From positions 1-54,821 of the forward strand of contig JAFGAG010000001.1 of NCBI GenBank assembly GCA_016933785.1: DNA of 54,821 nucleotides, in the 5' to 3' direction. Both the position numbers and the translations under genes were made by a program. Positions within the stretch are counted from its first letter, which is position 1. Each line of letters opens with the position of its first letter. The notes beneath the pieces were generated by a model. The model was given only the letters and a program-made list of their open reading frames with translations, searched no databases and had not been told where the DNA came from. The DNA is from Coriobacteriia bacterium. Lineage in GTDB: Bacteria > Actinomycetota > Coriobacteriia > Anaerosomatales > Anaerosomataceae. This document shows positions 37,513 through 46,454 of this stretch, piece by piece.

Positions 37513-39669
37513 ATGCCCTCAAGCCCGGCTCAGCCAGAACGCGCGCCAGAACCCATCGAGCGGTTCATCAAGCAGCTTCTGGTCGTCTACAAGGCGGCGA
37601 AACTCTACCCGCCAACCAGCGATATCCCGCTTGAGAGCGCCGGAGAACTGATCAGGCAGCTCCGCGGTCTGCTTCGAGACTCTCCCGAGCTGCTCTTCCA
37701 GGTGGTCAAAGAGGGCCTCATCTACCATGGTCGGCCGGTGCTGCCCGGTCTCGCACCCTTCGAGCGCTTCGCGCGCGAATGCTACCAGCGCCGCCTCGCG
37801 GAAGTCCGCTTCCACAGCGGCGTTTCCGCACAGGACGTGATCACGTTCTGCCGCGTCCTGCTCGAACCATCGGATGAGCTTGCAGTTGCCGGGGGCGTGG
37901 AGCAACGCCTGTGGGACCTTCAGGTCGATGGCGTGACCGTCCGGTCGGTGTCCACCAAGATCGTGGACACCGGGCTCGAGGAGGCAGGCGCGCCGCTCGA
38001 TGCTGACGAGACGTGGCCGCCGAGCCACGCGCGCATCGATGAGCTCATCGATGCCGCCTACGGGGTCCGGCCCCGTGACCAGCGGTTGCTCGTGCGCTTC
38101 GTGCAGAGTCCGCGGCTCGTCTCGCGCTATCTCCAGGAGCTCGCCTCCTCCGGCCGCGGTGGGCGTCCGCTCACCAACCTCGTCGCGGGCAAGGTCGTAT
38201 CGATGGCCCATGCCGCCACCTCGGAGCTCATCGAGGATCAGCCAGCGCTTTTCCGCTCCATCGCCGAAGCGCTCATCGAGCTCGAGCCTCCGCTCCGCCG
38301 CGCGGTGTTCATAGAGCGCCTCATACCGGAGGCACGCATCGACGAGGCGGTCGCTTCTGTGCTGCGGCAGTTCGAGGTCAGCGAGCTGTGTACGGCGCTC
38401 GTCGAGGGCATCAGCCCAGACCCGGTCTCGGCCGACGGTCTTTCCCGGGCCATCCGCAACCTCGCACTCATCAGCTTGCAGCCCAAGGAGGCCATCCTCT
38501 CGGCCGCCGGGGACGCCATGGCCGAGGAGGGTCTGGACGAGGACACGATCGCCACGGTCCTGGACAACGCCGCTCCCACGCAGATCACCATCGCCGACAA
38601 CCGGAACAACAGTGCGAGGGACGTCGAGAGCATCGTCAAGCTGCTCGATCTCGCACCGGTCGCCAGGAGTGCCACGGACACCGAATCGATGGCGCTGCGG
38701 GCCGAGGTGGGCAACGGCATATCCGACAGCGACGTGCTGCTGAGCATCGTCACGCTGCTGACCATCGAGCGTCGTCCGGACATGTTCGCATCACTCATGA
38801 GCATCATCGAAGACGGCCTCGGCCTCATGCTCGAGCGCGGAGAGTTCGTGGAGGCGGCCGATGCCGCCGGCATGCTTGAGGTACTCGAGCACGACGGATC
38901 GCTCGAGCGCGCGCAGCAGACCCGGATCGACACCGCCCTGCGGGCGATGGCGCAGCCGCGGCGTATGCGCGACGTGATGATGGCACTGCGCTTCCACCAT
39001 CGTGACACCCCGGAGGCCGATGCGTGCGGTCGGCTGATGCGTCTGCTCGGCGGACGGACGATCGACCCGTTGCTCGAGGTCCTTGCCGACGAACCGGACA
39101 TGACCGCCCGCAAGAGCCTGGTCGACCTCATATCGACGCTCGCACCGGGCCATATCGGTGAGCTCGGCATCAAGTTGAACGATCCACGGTGGTACGTCGT
39201 GCGCAATGTGGTCAGCATCCTCGGCGCTACGCGCGACAGATCGGTGCTTCCGCTGCTGGCGCGGACGCTGCGCCACAACGACGTGCGCGTGCGGCGTGAG
39301 ACGGTCCGGGCGGTCGCCGGAGTGCGGGACAAGCTGGCCGGGGAGATGCTCACCGCGGCGCTTTCGGACGAGGACCCACAGAACGTGGGACTTGCGGCCC
39401 GCTACCTCGGCACGCTCGGCATACAGGAGGCCGCCCCGCAACTTGCCGCGGTCGCCCGCGGCGAAGGCAGGGGCAACCGCGACACAGGAGCACGCGTCGA
39501 AGCGATCGAGGCGCTCGGGCGCCTGGGCACACCGGAGGCGGCGGAGGCGTTGCGCGATGTGCTGCGGCAACGCGTCTTCCTTGCGGGTGGGCGTATGCGC
39601 GAGGTGCGCACCGCCGCCGAAGCAGCGCTCGCAGGTCTCGGGCACACGACATCGGCGGGAGGTGCGTGA
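37513..39669 (+). CDS. HEAT-repeat protein
   Basis: C-terminal DPRWYVVRNVVSILG, DVRVRRETVRA HEAT repeats; alternative starts 37489/37507. Confidence 0.85.
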   Translation: MPSSPAQPERAPEPIERFIKQLLVVYKAAKLYPPTSDIPLESAGELIRQLRGLLRDSPELLFQVVKEGLIYHGRPVLPGLAPFERFARECYQRRLAEVRFHSGVSAQDVITFCRVLLEPSDELAVAGGVEQRLWDLQVDGVTVRSVSTKIVDTGLEEAGAPLDADETWPPSHARIDELIDAAYGVRPRDQRLLVRFVQSPRLVSRYLQELASSGRGGRPLTNLVAGKVVSMAHAATSELIEDQPALFRSIAEALIELEPPLRRAVFIERLIPEARIDEAVASVLRQFEVSELCTALVEGISPDPVSADGLSRAIRNLALISLQPKEAILSAAGDAMAEEGLDEDTIATVLDNAAPTQITIADNRNNSARDVESIVKLLDLAPVARSATDTESMALRAEVGNGISDSDVLLSIVTLLTIERRPDMFASLMSIIEDGLGLMLERGEFVEAADAAGMLEVLEHDGSLERAQQTRIDTALRAMAQPRRMRDVMMALRFHHRDTPEADACGRLMRLLGGRTIDPLLEVLADEPDMTARKSLVDLISTLAPGHIGELGIKLNDPRWYVVRNVVSILGATRDRSVLPLLARTLRHNDVRVRRETVRAVAGVRDKLAGEMLTAALSDEDPQNVGLAARYLGTLGIQEAAPQLAAVARGEGRGNRDTGARVEAIEALGRLGTPEAAEALRDVLRQRVFLAGGRMREVRTAAEAALAGLGHTTSAGGA

Positions 39670-41183
39670 TGAGCGACGAACGCCCGCAGGCGCGCGACGT
39701 CCACGCCCCCTACAGTGTCACAGCCGAGAGTGGCGAGGAGCGCGAGCGCGAGATCAGCCGCATCACCGCCGACATCCGCGACACTGCGACGGGCGCACGC
39801 TCGTTCTCGGCCGCACAGATCACGCGTGCCCGTGACCTGCTCGCGCGTCTGTACGCGTTGCGTCGCGCGCGGCGACTGTATCCGGGGGAGCATCCCGCTA
39901 TCGCGCAGACGGAGCAGGACCTCTTCGATGTGATCGCGGCATATCACGCGGAGGGCGTGGACGTCTCGCTGACGTTCTTCGAGGACGAGGTGCTGCTCGG
40001 GGAGCAGGTGCTCACCGAGGACAGCATGCTGTTCGACCAGCTCATCCGGGACATGGTCTCCATCGGCGCGGGGAGTGTGAGTTTCCTCATGGGGCTGTCA
40101 CCCGATGAGATCGCACGCTTCTCTCCCGTCATCGGCGCTCGCATAGAGGAGGTCCAGGAGCTCGACGGTGGAATCGCGTCGCTTGCCGAGCGGGCCGAGT
40201 GCCCACACATCCTCATCAGCGCGGTCAGTGTCGTCCGTGACGACGTCACGGTCGAGGAAGGCGATGCCCGAGAACTCGCCAAGGCGACGTACACCGGCAC
40301 GCTCGAACTCCTGCGCGAACTCGAGCGGCTGATACGGTCGAACCAGTCCCTGAACGTGTCGCACCTGAAGAACACCGCTCGGAGCCTCGTCGACAGCATA
40401 CTTCGCAACCGCTTCGCGATGCTGGAGCTGTCGGGGTTGAAGAGCTTCGATGAGTACACGTTCTACCACTCGATCAACGTGGCGATCCTGTCCGTGGCGC
40501 TCGGCTCGATGCTCACTCGCGATTACCGGTTCCTTTCCACGCTCGGGGTCGGCGCGATCCTGCACGACATCGGCAAGATGACCGTCGACCTCTCCGTACT
40601 CAACAAGACGGGCCCACTGACGAGCGATGAGTGGGCCGAGATGCGGCACCACCCGGTGCGTGGCGCCGAGATCGTGGCGCTCACTTCAGGGGTCGACCGG
40701 GCATCGATCGTCTGTGTCCTCGAACATCACATGCGGTACGACCTCGGTGGCTACCCTCCCCGGGAGCCGAAGCGGCGCCAACACATCGCCAGCCGCATCG
40801 TGGCGGTCGCGGACGCGTACGACGCGATGACCTCGCAGCGCCCCTACAGCGCTCCTCGCATGCAGGACGAGGCGATGGGCATCATCGTCAAGAGTGCGGG
40901 CAGCTCGCTCGACCCGGGGTTGGTACGGCAGTTCGTCGACATGCTCGGCTACTTCCCACCCCGGTCGCTCGTGCTGCTCAACACCGGTGAGACCGCAGTC
41001 GTGGTGAGTCCGAGCGCGAGCGACCCCACACGACCCGTCATCCGTATCATCGCCGGGGTCGATGGCACGATGGTCCGCCCCGTGGATCTCGATCTGAGCG
41101 CGAGTGCCGAGGCGCAAGGACGTTCGGTCGTGCGCTGCCTCGACCCCACGGGTATGAACGTGGACATAGCGGAGTTTCTGTAG
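39666..41183 (+). CDS. HD-GYP domain cyclic-dinucleotide phosphodiesterase
   Basis: DEYTFYHSINV, LHDIGK, EHHMRYDLGGYP, VADAYDAMTS.RPY. Confidence 0.92.
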   Translation: MMSDERPQARDVHAPYSVTAESGEEREREISRITADIRDTATGARSFSAAQITRARDLLARLYALRRARRLYPGEHPAIAQTEQDLFDVIAAYHAEGVDVSLTFFEDEVLLGEQVLTEDSMLFDQLIRDMVSIGAGSVSFLMGLSPDEIARFSPVIGARIEEVQELDGGIASLAERAECPHILISAVSVVRDDVTVEEGDARELAKATYTGTLELLRELERLIRSNQSLNVSHLKNTARSLVDSILRNRFAMLELSGLKSFDEYTFYHSINVAILSVALGSMLTRDYRFLSTLGVGAILHDIGKMTVDLSVLNKTGPLTSDEWAEMRHHPVRGAEIVALTSGVDRASIVCVLEHHMRYDLGGYPPREPKRRQHIASRIVAVADAYDAMTSQRPYSAPRMQDEAMGIIVKSAGSSLDPGLVRQFVDMLGYFPPRSLVLLNTGETAVVVSPSASDPTRPVIRIIAGVDGTMVRPVDLDLSASAEAQGRSVVRCLDPTGMNVDIAEFL

Positions 41184-41236
41184 GAGTGTCTGAGCGGCGG
41201 GGTACCATAGCCCGAGGACCAACGACGGGAGAACCC

Positions 41237-43948
41237 ATGGCCGCACACACGAGACGACCCAACACCATCACGATCGTGGTTATCACGCTTGTCGTGCTCG
41301 CCGCGCTCTCGGGGATCGCCGCCGAGTTCTACACCGATGCGTTGTGGTATGCCGACCTCGATCAGTCCGTCGTCTTCTGGAGAAGCCTCGCATGGCGATG
41401 GGGCCTCGGCGCGGCATCGGCTCTGCTGTACTTCGGCATCGTGTTCGCGAACATCCGGATCGGTCGCTCGTTCGCACCGGCCCGTGCGACGCGCATCGCG
41501 TCGAGCCCGATGCTGCAGTTCGAAGAGACGATCGACCGGATGCGACAGGCGCTCGGGCGCTCGACGGGCCCGGCAGCCGTAGGCGTCGCCGCGCTGGCTG
41601 CGCTGATGGCGGGCCTTGCAGCAGCCGGATCGTGGGAGACGGTAGCGCTCGCATTCAACGGCGGGTCGTTCGGCGCAGCCGATGCCCAGTTCGGCCGTGA
41701 CATAGGATTCTTCTTCTTCACGCTGCCCGCGCTCAGGCTTGCGCAACAGTGGCTGACGGGCGCTCTGGTGGTGACATTGCTCATCGTGACGGTCGTGCAC
41801 CTTCTTGCCGGCTCGATCAGGCCATGGGACCGGTGGCGCGGGTTCGACCCCCACGTGAAGGCACACCTGTCGGTGATCGGCGGATTGATCGTCGTCGTCC
41901 AGGCGTTCGGATACTGGCTCGACATCTTCGAACTCGACTACTCGCCGCGGGGACAGGTCCTCGGCGCATCGTTCACCGATATCCACGCCCAGATTCCCGC
42001 ATACTCCATCCTCATCGTCATCGCGCTGCTCTCGGGCATCGCACTCCTCGTGAACATCAGGTTCCGGGGCTGGCGTCTGCCTGCGATCGCGCTCGGCGCG
42101 TGGGTGTCAGCAGCCGTGCTGATCGGCGGTGTCTACCCGGCGCTCGTCCAGCAGTTCCGTGTCGCACCCAACGAGGTGGAGGCGGAGTCGCCCTATATCG
42201 CTCGCAACATCGAGGCGACTCGAGAGGCCTACGACCTGGAAGACATCGAGGTGCGTGCGTTTCCCGCCGACGAGAGTCTGACCGCCGCTGACCTCCCCGA
42301 TAACGCGCGCACGATCGACAACGTTCGCCTTTGGGACCCGTCGGTCGTGCCCGACACCTACCGGCAGCTGCAGGGCATGCGGCTGTATTACGACTTCACC
42401 GACGTGGATATCGACCGCTACACGCTCGACGGAGAACGACGCCAGGTGCTCATCTCCGCACGCGAACTCGATGTGAGCCGACTCGCCACGCAGGCACAGA
42501 CATGGGTGAACCAGCACCTTGTGTACACACACGGGTACGGCATCGTCATCAGCCCGGTCAACGAGAGCACCGGTCAGGGGTACCCGCACTTCATCATGAA
42601 GGACATCCCGCCCACCACGAGCACCGATCTCGCCATTGAACAGCCTGCGCTCTACTTCGGTGAGCTCACGGACAACTACGTGATCGCCGGAACAGGACTC
42701 CCCGAGTTCGACTATCCGGTGGGCGATTCCAACGCGGAGACGTCGTACACCGGCTCGGGCGGTATCGATGTCGGTGGGCTGCTGAGCCGCGCCGCGTTCG
42801 CGACCCGCTTCTCCGCCCCACAGATCCTGTTCAGCAACTACATCACGGACGGGAGCAAAGTGCTCTTCAGGCGCACGCTCACGGAGCGTGTCACCGCGCT
42901 TGCGCCGTGGCTGTACCAGGACTCCGACCCCTACCCGGTGGTCACCGACGGGAGGGTCGTGTGGGTGGTGGACTGCTATACGGTATCCGACCGGTACCCG
43001 TACTCCGAGCGGCACAGCGGCATCAACTACATCCGCAACTCGGTGAAGGTGACTATAGACGCATACGACGGCACGACCACGCTCTATGCATACGACCCCA
43101 CCGATCCGCTCCTCGAAGCATGGTCGCGGGTCTACCCGGGTCTCCTCGCCGATGCGGCCGACATGCCCGATGGGGTTGCGGAACACCTGCGCTACCCGGC
43201 CGATCTGTTCTCGCTCCAGGCCGAGGTCTACAAGACCTATCACATGCGTGATCCGAAGGTCTTCTACAACAAGGAGGACCAGTGGGCGTTGCCCGGTGAG
43301 GGTAGCGACGGGTCAGGGACCGCGATGGATCCGTTCTACGTCCTGATGGAGCTCCCGCAGGAGGCCACCGAGGACTTCATGCTCATGATGCCGTTCACGC
43401 CACGGACGAAGGCGAACATGATCGGGTGGATGGCGGCGAAGTCGGACCCGGACAGCTACGGAGAGCGCGTGGTCTACACCCTGCCCAAGCAACGGCTCGT
43501 ACTCGGCCCGGAGCAGGTGGCTGCACGCGTGAACCAGGACCCGGTGATCTCGCAGCAGCTGACGCTGTGGAGCCAGCGGGGGAGTGGCGTGCGGTGGGGC
43601 AACCTCCTGGTCATCCCCATGAACGACTCAATCGTGTACGTGCAGCCGCTCTATCTGCAATCCGAGCAGACCTCGATGCCGCAGTTGACGCGCGTCGTTG
43701 TCGCGTATGGCGACAAGATCGCGATGGAGCCCACGCTCGATGGAGCGCTCCTGGCCGTGTTCGGCGAGCAGGAGCGGCCGAGCGACGATGGTCGCCCCGC
43801 TGACGCATCTGCCGCCCGCGACCTCTACGACCGGGCTGTCGAGGCGCAACGAGCAGGCGACTGGGAGGCGTACGGACGCTATCTCGCCGAGCTGGGTGAG
43901 GTGCTTTCCGCGCTCGTCGGAGAGACGACCGTGACCCCGGCACCGTGA
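41237..43948 (+). CDS. UPF0182 family membrane protein
   Basis: YTDALWY, DIGFFFFTLP, NVRLWD, WVNQHLVYTHGYG, NYIRNSVK, VQPLYL. Confidence 0.95.
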   Translation: MAAHTRRPNTITIVVITLVVLAALSGIAAEFYTDALWYADLDQSVVFWRSLAWRWGLGAASALLYFGIVFANIRIGRSFAPARATRIASSPMLQFEETIDRMRQALGRSTGPAAVGVAALAALMAGLAAAGSWETVALAFNGGSFGAADAQFGRDIGFFFFTLPALRLAQQWLTGALVVTLLIVTVVHLLAGSIRPWDRWRGFDPHVKAHLSVIGGLIVVVQAFGYWLDIFELDYSPRGQVLGASFTDIHAQIPAYSILIVIALLSGIALLVNIRFRGWRLPAIALGAWVSAAVLIGGVYPALVQQFRVAPNEVEAESPYIARNIEATREAYDLEDIEVRAFPADESLTAADLPDNARTIDNVRLWDPSVVPDTYRQLQGMRLYYDFTDVDIDRYTLDGERRQVLISARELDVSRLATQAQTWVNQHLVYTHGYGIVISPVNESTGQGYPHFIMKDIPPTTSTDLAIEQPALYFGELTDNYVIAGTGLPEFDYPVGDSNAETSYTGSGGIDVGGLLSRAAFATRFSAPQILFSNYITDGSKVLFRRTLTERVTALAPWLYQDSDPYPVVTDGRVVWVVDCYTVSDRYPYSERHSGINYIRNSVKVTIDAYDGTTTLYAYDPTDPLLEAWSRVYPGLLADAADMPDGVAEHLRYPADLFSLQAEVYKTYHMRDPKVFYNKEDQWALPGEGSDGSGTAMDPFYVLMELPQEATEDFMLMMPFTPRTKANMIGWMAAKSDPDSYGERVVYTLPKQRLVLGPEQVAARVNQDPVISQQLTLWSQRGSGVRWGNLLVIPMNDSIVYVQPLYLQSEQTSMPQLTRVVVAYGDKIAMEPTLDGALLAVFGEQERPSDDGRPADASAARDLYDRAVEAQRAGDWEAYGRYLAELGEVLSALVGETTVTPAP

Positions 43949-44359
43949 GATGACGCGTGCGCGGCGGTCGCTCCAGACGCCCGTCGGAGCGCCCGCACAG
44001 CTACGTCAAGGTTACCGGCTTGTGACAAGCGGGCGCGGTCTGTGGTAGTGTTCTACTTCGTTTGCTGGATAGCGGAGCTCGTGTGGCGTGCGTCAGACGG
44101 CCGAAGGGTCGCTGCGCGGGACCGGCGCCACCGGGTTTCCCGGCGGGATGAGAGCGGCCGACAGCGCAAGGGTGCGCGGGCCCAGAGGATCACGGTCAAC
44201 ACCACAAACAGCAGAGCACGTGCTGAGTGGCCAAGGCAGCGGATGCGTCCGATCTGCGTGGCCAGGAGCGCGGCGACATGCTTCCCTTTCTCTCCACTTC
44301 CATGAGTCGTCGTGTGCCCTGGGCTGCTGCCTGTCCTGTAGCCGTCCATGGAGGACAGT

Positions 44360-44989
44360 GTGAAGGTACGAAGTGAACGAGGCTCACGTAGACGCTCGCT
44401 CAGGTCCGCGCGTATCGGCGCGGCACTGCTCGTCGTAGCGCTGATCGGAGCCGGATCCGTCCCGACCCTTGTTGCGTTCGCGCAGATGGTAGAGGACGAA
44501 CAGATGGTGATCACAGATCCGGGCCACGGGCTCAGCGCGGTCGACAGCCGTCCGGATCCCGACAAGCTGCGCACGCCCTCGGGCCTTGGTGCCCTCGAGG
44601 AGCAGGCGAGCGGTAAGCGGACAGCCACCGCGGTCCAGAAGCCCGCAGCGGCACGTACGACCGCTCCTACGGCCGCCCCCAAGTCTGCGCCCGCTGCGGC
44701 GCCCGACGGCACTGGTTGGAGGACCGCGCGCGCGTCCTGGTACGGCCCTGGGTTCTACGGCAACACCATGGCTGGCGGCGGGATTCTTCAGCCCGACAGC
44801 ATGGTCGTCGCACACCGGACCCTTGCGTTCGGTACCCGGATCGAGTTCTCCTACAAGGGGCGCACCTGCATCGCCACGGTCCAGGATCGTGGGCCGTTCA
44901 CCGCGGGTCGCGTCTTCGACCTCGGCCCTGGCACCGCACGGACGCTCGGCTTCTCGGGCGTGGGCACGGTGAGCTACCGCATCCTCTGA
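44360..44989 (+). CDS. RlpA-like (DPBB) lytic transglycosylase family protein
   Basis: N-terminal TM; ASWYGPGFYGNTMA, AHRTL.FGT, DRGPF..RVFDL. Confidence 0.9.
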   Translation: MKVRSERGSRRRSLRSARIGAALLVVALIGAGSVPTLVAFAQMVEDEQMVITDPGHGLSAVDSRPDPDKLRTPSGLGALEEQASGKRTATAVQKPAAARTTAPTAAPKSAPAAAPDGTGWRTARASWYGPGFYGNTMAGGGILQPDSMVVAHRTLAFGTRIEFSYKGRTCIATVQDRGPFTAGRVFDLGPGTARTLGFSGVGTVSYRIL

Positions 44990-45110
44990 TGATGCATTCG
45001 TGACAGTGATCGGGCGGCGTCTCCCATGGAGGCGCCGCCTGTCCGTTCGTACGGAGACGCTCGTTTGGGGTATCTTCGAAAGTGGCGTCACCGTTCACGA
45101 GGAGGGCACC

Positions 45111-45458
45111 ATGGCCGCACCCGGCGACAAGCCGACGGGCACCGCGCACGGATTCGAGGCCGTCATCGACTCGGTCGCCGACCTGCTACAGACAGCGGTC
45201 GACTGGCTGCGCCAGGAGGCTGCCGGGATCGTGCAGGAGAAGATCGTCGCCCCAATACAGCGTCTCGGGCTCACACTCGCTTCGGCCGCGGCCGCGGCTG
45301 CATTGCTGGTGCTCGGTCTCACCTTCATCGCAGTCGCACTCTTCTTGCTGCTCGCGAACTGGGTGGGCTATCCCGGCGCCTTGCTGATCATCGGTGCCGC
45401 GCTCATGCTCGGCTCGCTCCTGTTCCTCGTCATCAAAGTGAGGTCGATGCAGAAGTGA
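45111..45458 (+). CDS. small membrane protein, phage-holin-3_6/YqjE-like
   Basis: SD GAGGAGG; amphipathic N-terminus then two TMs. Confidence 0.7.
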   Translation: MAAPGDKPTGTAHGFEAVIDSVADLLQTAVDWLRQEAAGIVQEKIVAPIQRLGLTLASAAAAAALLVLGLTFIAVALFLLLANWVGYPGALLIIGAALMLGSLLFLVIKVRSMQK

Positions 45459-45685
45459 ACGAAACCCGGGAAGCAGCGATCGCTTCACGACAGCTCACGG
45501 TCGACGACCTGAAGCAGAAGGCTCTGCACATCCGCGACCTCGCCGAGTCCGAGACGCGTGAGATGTTCCAACGCGATGCGACGAAGGTGCTCATGATAGG
45601 AGCTGTCGCGGTCGTGGCGGCACTGTCTATCGCCTACTATCTCGGCACCCGCCATGCGTGGGGCACGGCTGACGACGCGATGTGA
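45455..45685 (+). CDS. small protein with C-terminal TM anchor
   Basis: GTGA overlaps at both ends; coiled N-terminus plus TM ending YYLG. Confidence 0.7.
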   Translation: MNETREAAIASRQLTVDDLKQKALHIRDLAESETREMFQRDATKVLMIGAVAVVAALSIAYYLGTRHAWGTADDAM

Positions 45686-46128
45686 GCCGAGTGCGGCTGC
45701 GCTGCGTGCGAGTGCTCGGCGACCGCGTCGATCTGGTGCTTGAGGCCGATCCCGATCCCGCGCCGCGTGAGGTCGCCGAGCGTGCGGCGACACGGCTTCT
45801 CGCATGGCTTCCAGGCCTTGAGGCACATCGTTGCTCAACGGGCGACGCGCGGACCTTCGCCGAGGAGATGCGCGATACGGAGACGCCCCATCTCCTCGAG
45901 CACGTGGTACTTGAACTGTTGCGCCGCGCCGGATCGTGTGACGGTATTCGCGGCGAGACGGTCTGGCGCAAAGGCGATGACGCGTACCTCGTCTCCATCT
46001 TCGACGACGACGACGCACTGTGCATGAGGGCGGCCCGGCTCGCGCTTCAGCTGATCGACGCCGCCTTCGGGGACGGGTGTGCTCCCGATCTCGATGCCGA
46101 GATCGCGCGGATGGTCGCGCTCCGGTGA
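45682..46128 (+). CDS. stand-alone cyanophycin synthetase N-terminal-like domain
   Basis: LPGL..H.CS..F...PHLLEHVVLEL..G.T motif; 148 aa. Confidence 0.75.
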   Translation: MSRVRLRCVRVLGDRVDLVLEADPDPAPREVAERAATRLLAWLPGLEAHRCSTGDARTFAEEMRDTETPHLLEHVVLELLRRAGSCDGIRGETVWRKGDDAYLVSIFDDDDALCMRAARLALQLIDAAFGDGCAPDLDAEIARMVALR

Positions 46129-46152
46129 CGGCGAACCGTCACCATGCCGCGA

Positions 46153-46182
46153 TTGACCCCCATCGAAGCTCGGTGCTAAGGT
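46153..46182 (+). promoter_or_regulatory. sigma70-type promoter for the T-box leader
   Basis: TTGACC-N18-TAAGGT with extended TG. Confidence 0.6.
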
Positions 46183-46213
46183 ACCTGGCATCCCCGGCTC
46201 GCCGGGCGAACAT

Positions 46214-46416
46214 GCAGTGGACGTGAGGGAAGAGGGCATCATAGGCCCGGCCACCCCTCCGCAGGTCCCCCGCCAGCACCGCTCCTGAGAGCGGCGGAAG
46301 CGGGCGGCAGGCCCGGACCGTTATCCCGGGACCGAGGTCCGGTGAGAGCGATCGAGCGCCGGACAAAGACAGGTGGTACCGCGACGACCCTCGCCCTGTC
46401 GGCAGGGTCGTTTTCT
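46214..46416 (+). promoter_or_regulatory. T-box riboswitch (transcriptional)
   Basis: Stem II with AGCA/GAA loop, CCGTTA box, antiterminator ACAGG-TGGTACC-GCG...CGC-CCTGT, mutually exclusive terminator CGACCCT...AGGGTCG-TTTTCT. Confidence 0.92.
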
Positions 46417-46454
46417 GTCGTCTGGGGGCGCGTCAGCGCCTTTGAGGAGCAGTG

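Noticed and set aside
43950-44359. c-di-AMP (ydaO), c-di-GMP or glycine riboswitch before the RlpA-like gene
   Set aside because: Consensus motifs (GCTGAATCC..GGAACCGGGG, GGCAAAC..GACGCAAAG, tandem GGAGA..CTCAGG) were not found by eye
45111-45685. Prophage remnant suggested by the holin-like gene
   Set aside because: No phage structural, lysin or integrase genes nearby; this family is commonly chromosomal and stress-associated
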